Positions 26,116 through 33,836 of a stretch of 42,869 nt of DNA are shown piece by piece. This DNA comes from a virus, in the IMG/VR virus record IMGVR_UViG_3300036835_000552. One strand, 5' to 3'. Position 1 is the stretch's first letter. Every line of letters begins with the position of its first letter. The notes under the pieces were generated by a model, which was not told where the DNA came from, ran no database searches, and saw only the letters and a program-made list of their open reading frames with translations. Made by a program: the position numbers and the translations under genes.

Positions 26116-26346
26116 TCAGGCGCCGTCGGCGGGACGCCCTGGCAGGTCCTGGGCGTCGAGGATCGGACGCTCGAGCGCGGCCTTCCGCGCGAGGTCCAGA
26201 CTGGCCAAGAGGTCGTCCAGGGTATCGCCGACGAAGCCGCATGGCCGCTCGGAATACACGCTCGGCGCGCCCGCCTCGTCGTAGTAAACCTCGTGGAGCG
26301 CGTGACTTCCGTCTTCGTGGCGGATGACGCGGTAGTTCCAGCTCAT
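26116..26346 (-). CDS. Small acidic protein upstream of hicA, HicB-like antitoxin candidate without an obvious DNA-binding domain
   Basis: MSWNYRVIRHEDGSHALHEVYYDEAG... The position next to hicA is the main argument for the call. Confidence 0.5.
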   Translation of the reverse strand: MSWNYRVIRHEDGSHALHEVYYDEAGAPSVYSERPCGFVGDTLDDLLASLDLARKAALERPILDAQDLPGRPADGA

Positions 26347-26350
26347 CGCG

Positions 26351-26710
26351 CTAGTCGTACACGATCACGCAGTCGCCACGGATGCGCGTGCGGTGCCCGG
26401 CCGGGTCCCGGAAGGCGATGCCGCTCCAGCCGCGATCGACGGCGCCGTCCGAGCGGCCCTCGTAGATGAGCTGCCCGTTCGAGAAGCAGCGCACCGTGGC
26501 GGGCCCCAGTGCCGGGACCGCGGCCGTGAGCAGCCAGCCGAGCCCGAGGCCCGCGGCGATCGCGCCGAGCCCCATGGCGAGGACCCAGAGGAAGGGCGGA
26601 AGCGTGATCCGTCTTCGAGGGACCGCGGCGGCGGCCGCCTTCTGCGCGAGGTCCTCAGGCACATTGGCGGCGCGCAGCGCCTGATAGAGGTCCGCGTTGA
26701 CGAGGGTCAT
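26351..26710 (-). CDS. Single-pass membrane protein (119 aa)
   Basis: The ATG at 26710 overlaps the stop of the ClpX-zinc-finger gene (ATGA). TM segment [25 protein letters not shown]. Confidence 0.55.
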   Translation of the reverse strand: MTLVNADLYQALRAANVPEDLAQKAAAAAVPRRRITLPPFLWVLAMGLGAIAAGLGLGWLLTAAVPALGPATVRCFSNGQLIYEGRSDGAVDRGWSGIAFRDPAGHRTRIRGDCVIVYD

Positions 26711-27126
26711 TCTGGCGCAGCCGGCCACAAGAACCGGATGATGTCGAGCGTCTGGGCCGCCTCGTGACCGACGGCCAGGCGCTCGAGGCCGCCGCTGACC
26801 CGCGCGAGGCGGCGCTCGATCTCGGCCGCGTCGCCCGCGAGCACGGCCTCCGCAATCCTCTCGAGCTGTGCGGCGCCGTCCCGCTGCCGTGCGGCGGCCG
26901 TCCGGAGTGCCGCGGCGAGTCGCGCCGCGATGGTCTCATGGTCCCAGCCGGTCATGCGTGTTCCCTCCCTTGCGTCCCTGACGGCCGCGGGCTCCCAGGT
27001 CTCCAGGTTCCCGAGGACGATGTCGTTACAGAGGGCGATGCACTCGTTGCAGATCTGGACGTCCGGGCCAGCGATCAGCTTCCGCACGTCGCGGCGCGCC
27101 TTGCCGCAGAAGGAGCAGGCATCCAT
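26707..27126 (-). CDS. Stand-alone ClpX-type C4 zinc-finger (ZBD) protein with a helical C-terminal domain (139 aa)
   Basis: [46 protein letters not shown] closely matches the ClpX N-terminal domain (E. coli: [34 protein letters not shown]). No AAA+ module follows. Confidence 0.8.
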   Translation of the reverse strand: MDACSFCGKARRDVRKLIAGPDVQICNECIALCNDIVLGNLETWEPAAVRDAREGTRMTGWDHETIAARLAAALRTAAARQRDGAAQLERIAEAVLAGDAAEIERRLARVSGGLERLAVGHEAAQTLDIIRFLWPAAPE

Positions 27127-27142
27127 CTCGACCCTCCGAGAC

Positions 27143-27176
27143 GAGCGTCTACAATTTAGTTCAATTGTAGACGCTC
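27143..27176. repeat. Perfect 14-bp inverted repeat with a 6-nt spacer (GAGCGTCTACAATT tagttc AATTGTAGACGCTC)
   Basis: Read directly from the sequence. AT-rich for this genome. Spans the stop of 27156..27848 and lies 17 nt upstream of the ClpX-ZBD start. Confidence 0.85.
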
Positions 27177-27848
27177 CCGCCAGCGTCGTTGCCGGGTCGT
27201 CTTCCCCGAAACCGGGCCGTTGAATCGCGGACGACCGGCGCCGCGTCGCGCGAGTCGCTCGCGGAGATAGCGCAGTTCGTCGCCGGAGTATCGCGACCGA
27301 AGCCGGGCGGCTTCGGCGTCGAGCGCGCGTCGGCGCGCGACCGGGAGATCGAGCGTCCGCGTTCGATAGTATTCGGCGCGCCCGCGCCCGGCCGGCGGCG
27401 CGTCTTTCGCGAGCGTGAGCCGATACGGCGAGACGGGCGCATTGAGTAGCGTCGGAGTCTTCCGGTCGCGTCGGAGCCAGCCGTGATGGCGTGCGAGATC
27501 GAGGAGCGAGACGCCGGCCGGTGCGCCCCACTGCTTGGCAGCAACGTCAATCGGGCGCCGGTGCGGGCCGGCCGGGTCGGTCATGGCGGCGGCGATCGTC
27601 CCGATCGTCTCGACCCGTGTCCACGTGAGGAGGCGCGCGACATCGCTGTAGTCGGCGCCACAGGCGATCAGGAAGTAGTCAAACTCGTGGGCGCGCCAGC
27701 GGTCATGCGACACGGCGGTCCGATAGTCGCGCCAGATACCGGACGCGAACATGGCGACGACCGTGTCGACGTAGGTTCCCATCCGGCTCGCGTTGCGGAG
27801 CGCCGACATGAAGCTCACAACGCCCTGACCGCGTCCGTCAAGCGCCAT
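27156..27848 (-). CDS. Unknown protein (about 230 aa) coupled to the HNH-helicase gene
   Basis: The first in-frame ATG (27848) overlaps the helicase stop by 11 nt. Alternative starts at 27809 and 27782. Arg-rich C-terminus. No family recognised. Confidence 0.5.
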   Translation of the reverse strand: MALDGRGQGVVSFMSALRNASRMGTYVDTVVAMFASGIWRDYRTAVSHDRWRAHEFDYFLIACGADYSDVARLLTWTRVETIGTIAAAMTDPAGPHRRPIDVAAKQWGAPAGVSLLDLARHHGWLRRDRKTPTLLNAPVSPYRLTLAKDAPPAGRGRAEYYRTRTLDLPVARRRALDAEAARLRSRYSGDELRYLRERLARRGAGRPRFNGPVSGKTTRQRRWRERLQLN

Positions 27849-29994
27849 CGCCGTCGTCGAGGTCTTCCAAGTCGCGGTCGCTCGTGAGCCAGGTCGGGCG
27901 CGGGATGCCCGTCTGCTCGCAATAGGCCGCAATCCATCGCTCTGCGTGCGCGAGGGCCTGTCGGAGCTGCTTGGGTGTCGCCCGCGGACGGCCGCCGCGC
28001 CGCGGGAGCCCGGCGCGGGCGTTGCACTCGGCGACGAAATCATTGACCGCGATGCTCGTCATGTTGAGCTTGGCCCAGCCCGCAGCCCGCTGGAGGCGCT
28101 CGCCGACGACCGCCGCGATGCCGGTCACGCCAAGTGGCGTCGTCTGGGGCGCGGCGTAGTGGCGCGGTGCCGGGGGCTCGGCCAGCGCGGCCTCCTCTGG
28201 CCGGACCGGACGAAAAGGATCCTCGTCGCGGTAGTCGCGCGCGCCGCGGCGTGCTGCCTGGATGGCACGGAGCATGTAGGTCTCAGGAATGCCTGCCGCG
28301 CGAGCGTGGGGCTCAGCCGCCCGAATCAGTGCCGGCCTCACGCCCTCGTCGTCGTCGATGCCGGTCGCGAAGGCATTCTCCTCATCAATATCGCGGACGT
28401 CTTCGACCGCATAGCGCGGCGTCCGCCAATCGCAAGTAATGATGTCTTCGTCGTCGGGGCCTTGGCGACGGCGTTTCTCGTCGTCGTCGGGGCCCGGGCG
28501 TTCCTCGTCCTCGTCCGCGAACTCGTGGCGCATCGGGGCCAGGATGTTGCGGACCTTCTCGATCACCTCCGGCACATCGGGAGCGATGACGGTCGCGACA
28601 ATCGGATGTCGGCCCGGCGCGCGTTCGTACGCGGTCACTCGTTGCGCACGGGCGATGATCTGCCGCACATAGAGCTCCGACGTGATGGCCGTCGCATAGC
28701 CGATCACGGCGATCGACTCGCAATCGAATCCCTCCGAGACCATGTTGACAGTACAGAGGACGCCGGGACGCGCACTCTGCTTGAATGCCTCCAGCGCGGC
28801 TTTGCCGAGCGGGCCGTCGTCGGAGACGGCGACCGAACTCATCGATGTCCAGCCCCGCGCACGGAGGAGCTCCGCGGCCGTGCGTTCGAGAAGCTTCGCG
28901 TGGTACTGCCGGCCCGCGACGATGAGCGCCTTCGCGTTCGTCTGCCGCTCGCCGAGGTCGCGGTAGGCGCGTTCGAGCCGGTCGAGGACATCGCCAACAA
29001 ATCGTGCGCGCCATTCAGGCCGCTCCGGCAAGTCCTTCAGCACGGCGCGGCCGCCTGGGACGTTCAGCTCGGCGATCCGCGACACCGTGCGCGTCTCCCG
29101 CCAATCATCGCGGAGCGTCACGGTCGCGCCGACGCGGAAGAGATCGACGCGGCGGAGCTCACCAGCATCGATCAGGTCGAGCGCGGTAATGTCATGGTCG
29201 ACGTCCGACAGGATTCTGCCGTCGGCCTCGGTGACGTAGCGCACCGTCGCGATCCGCTCCGTGGTCTTCGAGCGCCAGAGCGTGCCGGAGAGATTCAGGA
29301 CGCCCGCGACGGAGAGACCGACATCGACGGTCCCGACGAGCTGGCGGATCCAATGGGTCCACCCCGGCAGCTGGCGCCCGACCCGTTCGCCGAGGTGGTG
29401 CACCTCATCGAGGATGACGAGGGTCGGCTTGTCCGCCGCCACGCATTGGTGGTTCCGGAGGCTCTTCGGCGTGAGCGATTGATACGTGACGACGACACCG
29501 TCTGTGCCGGGAAGCTCCTGCGCGACATCACGGTGGAGCTCGACGTGCCGCTGGCCGAGAAGTTTCTCGTGCCACTGGTCGACCAGCGTGCGATTGGGGA
29601 CGAAAACGACGACGCGGTCGACGTGCCCGATGGCATAGAGCTGTTCGTAGACGAAACAGGCGAGGAGCGTCTTCCCGGCGCCGGGCGCCGCCGCGACGGT
29701 CGCCGCGCCACTCCGGACGATCCGTTCGACGATCGCCGGGATCGCCGCGCGCTGCCAGGCACGCGGCACGACGCGCGGATCGCGGACGTCATGCGCGCCC
29801 TGGGCCCAGTTGCACGCGGCGCACCACGCTTCGAGATTGTCGACGATCGCCGGCCCGCCGTTCGCGTGCGCCCGGAGATGCGCGGCGTGGAACGTCTCGA
29901 TCGCGATCGGGACGCCGCAGCGCTGGCAATGTCCGTCCGCACGCAGATAGAGCCACTCGCGATCGGTCCGCGACAGCCGACGTCTCTCGGACAT
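27838..29994 (-). CDS. HNH endonuclease fused to an SF2 (DEAH-like) helicase (718 aa)
   Basis: GAGGAGG RBS. HNH motifs: HCQRCG...HAAHL...N...CAACN. Helicase motifs: APGAGKT (I), TYQS, ILDEVHH (II), SGT (III), QIIARAQR (VI). Confidence 0.85.
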   Translation of the reverse strand: MSERRRLSRTDREWLYLRADGHCQRCGVPIAIETFHAAHLRAHANGGPAIVDNLEAWCAACNWAQGAHDVRDPRVVPRAWQRAAIPAIVERIVRSGAATVAAAPGAGKTLLACFVYEQLYAIGHVDRVVVFVPNRTLVDQWHEKLLGQRHVELHRDVAQELPGTDGVVVTYQSLTPKSLRNHQCVAADKPTLVILDEVHHLGERVGRQLPGWTHWIRQLVGTVDVGLSVAGVLNLSGTLWRSKTTERIATVRYVTEADGRILSDVDHDITALDLIDAGELRRVDLFRVGATVTLRDDWRETRTVSRIAELNVPGGRAVLKDLPERPEWRARFVGDVLDRLERAYRDLGERQTNAKALIVAGRQYHAKLLERTAAELLRARGWTSMSSVAVSDDGPLGKAALEAFKQSARPGVLCTVNMVSEGFDCESIAVIGYATAITSELYVRQIIARAQRVTAYERAPGRHPIVATVIAPDVPEVIEKVRNILAPMRHEFADEDEERPGPDDDEKRRRQGPDDEDIITCDWRTPRYAVEDVRDIDEENAFATGIDDDEGVRPALIRAAEPHARAAGIPETYMLRAIQAARRGARDYRDEDPFRPVRPEEAALAEPPAPRHYAAPQTTPLGVTGIAAVVGERLQRAAGWAKLNMTSIAVNDFVAECNARAGLPRRGGRPRATPKQLRQALAHAERWIAAYCEQTGIPRPTWLTSDRDLEDLDDGDGA

Positions 29995-30073
29995 CCCACG
30001 TCCTCCTCTTCAGCAACGGATCCACGGAACGTTCCGAACGCTTCGCCATTCGTCGCGCGCCAGCCGACGACCG

Positions 30074-30241
30074 CTACGCGGCGCGTCGCCGGGCGCGACG
30101 CCGCGGGAGACGAGCCAGTCGCTCCGCGAGCACGACGCGCACCCAGTTACTGACTGACCGATCCTCGGCGCGGGCAGCCGCGCGCAGTCCCTCGAGGAGC
30201 TCACGCGGCATACGAACCAGCAGGCGCCTCTCGTCGGTCAC
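30074..30241 (-). CDS. Ribbon-helix-helix (CopG/Arc-like) protein (55 aa, GTG start)
   Basis: Not in the ORF track (under 60 aa). RRLLVRMPRELLEGLRAAARAEDRSVSNWVRVVLAERLA is a classic RHH pattern. Replaces the track ORF 30010..30204, which is in another frame. Confidence 0.6.
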   Translation of the reverse strand: MTDERRLLVRMPRELLEGLRAAARAEDRSVSNWVRVVLAERLARLPRRRARRRAA

Positions 30242-30251
30242 ACTGGGGTCG

Positions 30252-30281
30252 ATCGTACGCCTCGATCCGGGGGGCGGTCAA
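30252..30281 (-). promoter_or_regulatory. Candidate sigma70-like promoter of the accessory island
   Basis: Minus strand TTGACC (30281-30276), N18, TACGAT (30257-30252), ending 10 nt before the RHH GTG. Implies a very short leader or none. Confidence 0.35.
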
Positions 30282-30288
30282 TGCGATC

Positions 30289-30310
30289 CTGTCGGTTTCG
30301 TGGCCGACAG
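30289..30310 (-). other. Stem-loop (7-bp stem, 8-nt loop) just downstream of terL
   Basis: CTGTCGG tttcgtgg CCGACAG. No U-tract, so not a canonical intrinsic terminator. Confidence 0.4.
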
Positions 30311-30334
30311 TCGTCAGCCTGCCGCGTGCAGCCG

Positions 30335-32326
30335 CTACGAGCGGCGCGGGCGATCCCAGAACGACGACCGCCGCCAGCCCGGATGCGGCGCGCCCGCGCC
30401 GGGCAGCGGGACCGTCGGCGGTGCCGGCGACGGGGCGCTCGGTGGCGGCTCGGGCGGCGCAGACGGCCCCCCGAGCGGCGCCTCCAGCCGCCGCCAGTCG
30501 TCCTCCGTGAACCGATCGATCCCGACGAGATGCGCCGCGGCGCGCGCGTAGTTCCGGCAGTCGCTCGCTTCGTCGCGGCGATGAATGTTGATCCATTCCA
30601 GCTTCTCGACGCCGCGCACCACGCGCCGGACCAGCGCATGCGCGACGAGCTGCTGCACGAACTCGTCGCCGACCGCGGGCAAGCTGACCCAGCCGGCCGG
30701 CGTTGGCATGCCTGGCGCCGGGGCGTCCAGCTGGAGCCAGCCGTAGAACTCCAGCCGCAACGCATGCACGTTGACTTGCCAGACGCGGAGCCCGCGCCGC
30801 CGCCGCCGCACGCGCCCGCGCGTCTCGATCGCTTCGGCCGCGCGCGGCAGCGAGACCAGCGTCGGCCCCGGTGGCCCCCCCCGGACCAGCATGACACGCT
30901 CGGGCGGTTGCGTCCGTGCCCAGCGGTGCGCGGGCGCAGGCGCGAAGCCCGTATCGATGGCGACCTTCGCGAGCGGCATGGCGAGCGCACCCGCCGTCGG
31001 CCAGGTCCGCGCACAGAGCGCCGTCAATGCCTGCCAGCACTCCTCGGCGGCCGGATCGCCCTCGAGGACCTGGTGGTCGACGAGCCAGGAGCGCAACCCG
31101 CGGCCCCACCCCCACAGGCTGACCTCGAGGCGGTCGCGCTGGATGTCGACGCCGGCCGTCAGGAACAGCACGCCGGGCGGCACCGTGCCCAGCGGCGCAG
31201 TCGTCTGGCGCTCGCGCAGCCGGTGCCAGTCCGGTGCCTCGCTCGGCGCCGCATACGTCTCGCCGAGCACCGTGTTCGTAAAGGTCTGCATCCGCTGCTG
31301 GTCGCCGGCCGCCTTCTCGGCTGCGGCAGCGATCTCCGCCCAGGAGAGCCAGCCGACCGGCGAGTAGAGGGCGTTCAGGTGGAAGCCAGCAACGCCCGGA
31401 TCGGCCGTTGGCGCGGTCGCGCGCCATTCGCCCCGCCCCAGCATCCTCGTCTTCGCGCCCTCACGGATGAGCTCGTGACATGCTGCGCAGCGATAGCGCG
31501 CCGTCTTCGGCCGCCCCGGCTCCCACTCAAGGCGCGGGAACTCGAGCACCTGGAACGCCCCGCAGTGCGGGCACGGGACGAAGTAGCGCCGCTGGTCCGT
31601 CGCGAGGAACTCCTGCTCGATGCGTGAGAGCCCGGCGACCGTCGGAGTCGACATCACGAGCTCCTTCCGCCGGCTGCCGTACGTCCGCGCCCGCGCCTCC
31701 GCGAGCGCGAGGGGATCCCCCTCGCCCTCGACGTTCGCCGGGTAGCGGTCGACCTCGTCGAAGGCGAGATAGCGACAGGAGAACGCGCACAGGCCCGCCG
31801 CGGAGTTGGCGCCCGTGATCGCGACGAGGCCGCCCGGAAACTCCTTGAGGAGCACCGTGTTGGCCGCGTCGCGACTCCGCGGCGTCGAGACCCGCGCGCG
31901 CAGCGCCGGGCTTTCCGTGATCGACGTGTCGATCCGCTGGCGCGAGAGCCGCTTGCCGAGCTCGACGGTCGGCTGCACGAACAGGAACGGTGCCGGCGCG
32001 AGGCAGATCGTGTACCCGAGCCAGTTGACGGCCCCCTCGGTAAAGCCGAGCTGCGCCGCCTTCTGGACGACGACGCGCCGGATCGGCGAGCGCGCCGAGA
32101 GCGCATCGCAGACCGCGCGAAGGTACGGCGTCCGCTGCGTCCGCCAGCGGCCCGGCTCGGCGGCGCCGCGACCCGAGAGCACCCGATGCTCGTCCGCCCA
32201 CGCCGAGACGCTGAGCGGCGGGTCCGGGCGCAGCCCATCGCAGAGCGCCGCCTGAATGGCTGCGGTATCGGCGCTCGTGGGCTCAGAACGCAACGCGGTG
32301 GTTGGCGAGCTCGGTGAGGAGGTCAC
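30335..32326 (-). CDS. terL: Terminase large subunit, lambda GpA family
   Basis: WADEHR.L....A.PGRWR..RTPYLR, QKAAQLGFTE (Walker A-like), and the CPHCG...C..C zinc motif are typical of GpA. Confidence 0.9.
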   Translation of the reverse strand: MTSSPSSPTTALRSEPTSADTAAIQAALCDGLRPDPPLSVSAWADEHRVLSGRGAAEPGRWRTQRTPYLRAVCDALSARSPIRRVVVQKAAQLGFTEGAVNWLGYTICLAPAPFLFVQPTVELGKRLSRQRIDTSITESPALRARVSTPRSRDAANTVLLKEFPGGLVAITGANSAAGLCAFSCRYLAFDEVDRYPANVEGEGDPLALAEARARTYGSRRKELVMSTPTVAGLSRIEQEFLATDQRRYFVPCPHCGAFQVLEFPRLEWEPGRPKTARYRCAACHELIREGAKTRMLGRGEWRATAPTADPGVAGFHLNALYSPVGWLSWAEIAAAAEKAAGDQQRMQTFTNTVLGETYAAPSEAPDWHRLRERQTTAPLGTVPPGVLFLTAGVDIQRDRLEVSLWGWGRGLRSWLVDHQVLEGDPAAEECWQALTALCARTWPTAGALAMPLAKVAIDTGFAPAPAHRWARTQPPERVMLVRGGPPGPTLVSLPRAAEAIETRGRVRRRRRGLRVWQVNVHALRLEFYGWLQLDAPAPGMPTPAGWVSLPAVGDEFVQQLVAHALVRRVVRGVEKLEWINIHRRDEASDCRNYARAAAHLVGIDRFTEDDWRRLEAPLGGPSAPPEPPPSAPSPAPPTVPLPGAGAPHPGWRRSSFWDRPRRS

Positions 32327-32789
32327 GTACCTGGTCCTCGAGGAGCGTCGTCACGGCGTGCGTGTCGAGCTCGAAGGCCGTCGCGAGCGCCGCGCCGATC
32401 CGCACGGGCCACGTTTGGCAGCTCTCGCGGAGCGCCCGCGCGAACTCGTGCGCCGTGTGTAGCGCGCGCGCCCGCGAGACGAGCTCGCTCCGCAGCCGCG
32501 CGACCTCGAGCTCGTGCCGCTCGGCGTCCGCGAGGGCGCGGCGCCGACGTGCCTCCTCGAGATCGACCACGGTCGCCTCGGCGATCGGCGCGTGCTGTCG
32601 CGTGTGCGCCGCCCATGCCCGGTCGGCAGCCACCGGATCGATGAGGCCGTCCGATCCACGCCGGATCCGGCCCTCCTGGAGTGCTCGCTGCACGGTCCGC
32701 CGGCCCACGTGCCGGTGGCGGGCATACGCGAGGACGGTCATGCCCCCGGGCGGCCGGGCGGCCCGTTTCCGCGCTGTTACGCTGGGCAT
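32283..32789 (-). CDS. terS: Terminase small subunit (Nu1-like, N-terminal wHTH)
   Basis: Position upstream of and overlapping terL. YARHRHVGRRTVQRALQEGRI is HTH-like. Start uncertain (32789 or 32741). Confidence 0.6.
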   Translation of the reverse strand: MPSVTARKRAARPPGGMTVLAYARHRHVGRRTVQRALQEGRIRRGSDGLIDPVAADRAWAAHTRQHAPIAEATVVDLEEARRRRALADAERHELEVARLRSELVSRARALHTAHEFARALRESCQTWPVRIGAALATAFELDTHAVTTLLEDQVRDLLTELANHRVAF

Positions 32790-32839
32790 TTTTCGCGGGG
32801 CGCCGCCTCGCTGTTCGCCGCCGCCGGGAAGGACCCGAG

Positions 32840-32859
32840 CAATTTTGCTAGCAAAGTTG
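32840..32859. repeat. Near-perfect 20-bp palindrome upstream of terS (CAATTTTGCTAGCAAAGTTG)
   Basis: One mismatch. AT-rich. Lies 50 nt upstream of the terS ATG. Confidence 0.7.
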
Positions 32860-32871
32860 GGTGCCTCGCGA

Positions 32872-33045
32872 TCAGCGCCTGCCGCGCGTGGGGGCGCGCG
32901 GGACGTGGTGCCCCGCGGCCCGCGCCTTCGAGAGGTTGACGGCGGTCTCCTGGCGCTTCGCCGCCGCCTTCGTCGCGTGGCGCCCGAGCACACGGCCGCC
33001 GCCGCTCGTCCGCAGCACGAACTTGCCGTGCTCCTTCCGGATCAT
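32872..33045 (-). CDS. Small basic protein (57 aa)
   Basis: Strong GAGGAGG RBS 8 nt before the internal ATG at 33045. MIRKEHGKFVLRTSGGGRVLGRHATKAAAKRQETAV... Confidence 0.5.
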   Translation of the reverse strand: MIRKEHGKFVLRTSGGGRVLGRHATKAAAKRQETAVNLSKARAAGHHVPRAPTRGRR

Positions 33046-33095
33046 CGGAGCAGCCTCCTCTCGTCGGCCGCCAGTAGCACACGCAACGTCGCGCG

Positions 33096-33665
33096 TCACG
33101 CGCGGGGCTTGGTCTTGCCAGCCTCGAGCCGCGCCTGCCGGTCGAGCTGGCGCTGGAGGTTCGTGGTGAGCCGGTCGCGGAGCAGCAGCAGCACGACGGG
33201 GAGGACGTCACGCCGCCGGTACATGCCGGGGACCGAGGGGCCGAAGAGCTCGCGGATGGGGCCACGTTCGCGGCCGACCCGCTCGAACACGGCCTTGTGC
33301 CCGGTCTTCATGGTGGCGATGAAGGCGTGGCGGTAGTTCTCCGTCTTCCGGGCGATCCGGACGTTCACGCCGGTGCGTTTCGTGTCCTTGGGGCGGAACT
33401 CGATCAGCGGGATTGGCCGCCCGGTCGCGACGAGCGCGGCATGCAGGGTGGAGGGCCGCGCGGGCACCACCTTGAACGACTCCTTCACGACGGCGCTCTT
33501 CACGCCGAGCAGCGGTGCGACCTGCTTCGTCGCTTGGACCTGGCCGTTGCGCGCGGTATCGGTCAACGCCCGCGCGGCGACCTTCCCGAGCGTCGGTTGC
33601 TGGAGCGTCGCGAGCACGGCCTGGAAGGCCGACGTGTCGACCGTGACGCGGAGCTCGAAGGCCAT
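33096..33665 (-). CDS. Lambda gpZ-like (minor tail protein Z family) protein
   Basis: HAFIATMKTGHKAVFERVGRERGPIRELFGPSV parallels lambda Z (GAFIQQLKNGRWHVMQRVAGKNRYPI). Confidence 0.65.
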   Translation of the reverse strand: MAFELRVTVDTSAFQAVLATLQQPTLGKVAARALTDTARNGQVQATKQVAPLLGVKSAVVKESFKVVPARPSTLHAALVATGRPIPLIEFRPKDTKRTGVNVRIARKTENYRHAFIATMKTGHKAVFERVGRERGPIRELFGPSVPGMYRRRDVLPVVLLLLRDRLTTNLQRQLDRQARLEAGKTKPRA

Positions 33666-33668
33666 GGC

Positions 33669-33836
33669 CTACTGGTGCGCGGCGGGGAGCAGGAAGGCCG
33701 ACAGCACGAGGAGCGCGAGCCCGAGCGCCGTCAGGTTGATCTTGATGTCCTGTGCCGACTGCGGCAGCGCGGGCCAGATCGCCGCGAGCAGGAAGACGAT
33801 GAAGTCGACGCCGATCAGCGTGTCGCGATAGGGCAT
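33669..33836 (-). CDS. Small two-TM membrane protein (55 aa)
   Basis: Starts at an internal ATG at 33836. IGVDFIVFLLAAIWPAL ... LTALGLALLVLSAFLL. Confidence 0.4.
   Translation of the reverse strand: MPYRDTLIGVDFIVFLLAAIWPALPQSAQDIKINLTALGLALLVLSAFLLPAAHQ

Noticed and set aside
27946-30153. 735-aa plus-strand ORF
   Set aside because: Antisense to the HNH-helicase gene, which has full motif sets. The translation is low-complexity and no RBS is visible.
30010-30204. 64-aa ORF from the track between terL and the helicase gene
   Set aside because: The translation has no motif. A different frame on the same strand gives a textbook RHH protein (30074..30241).
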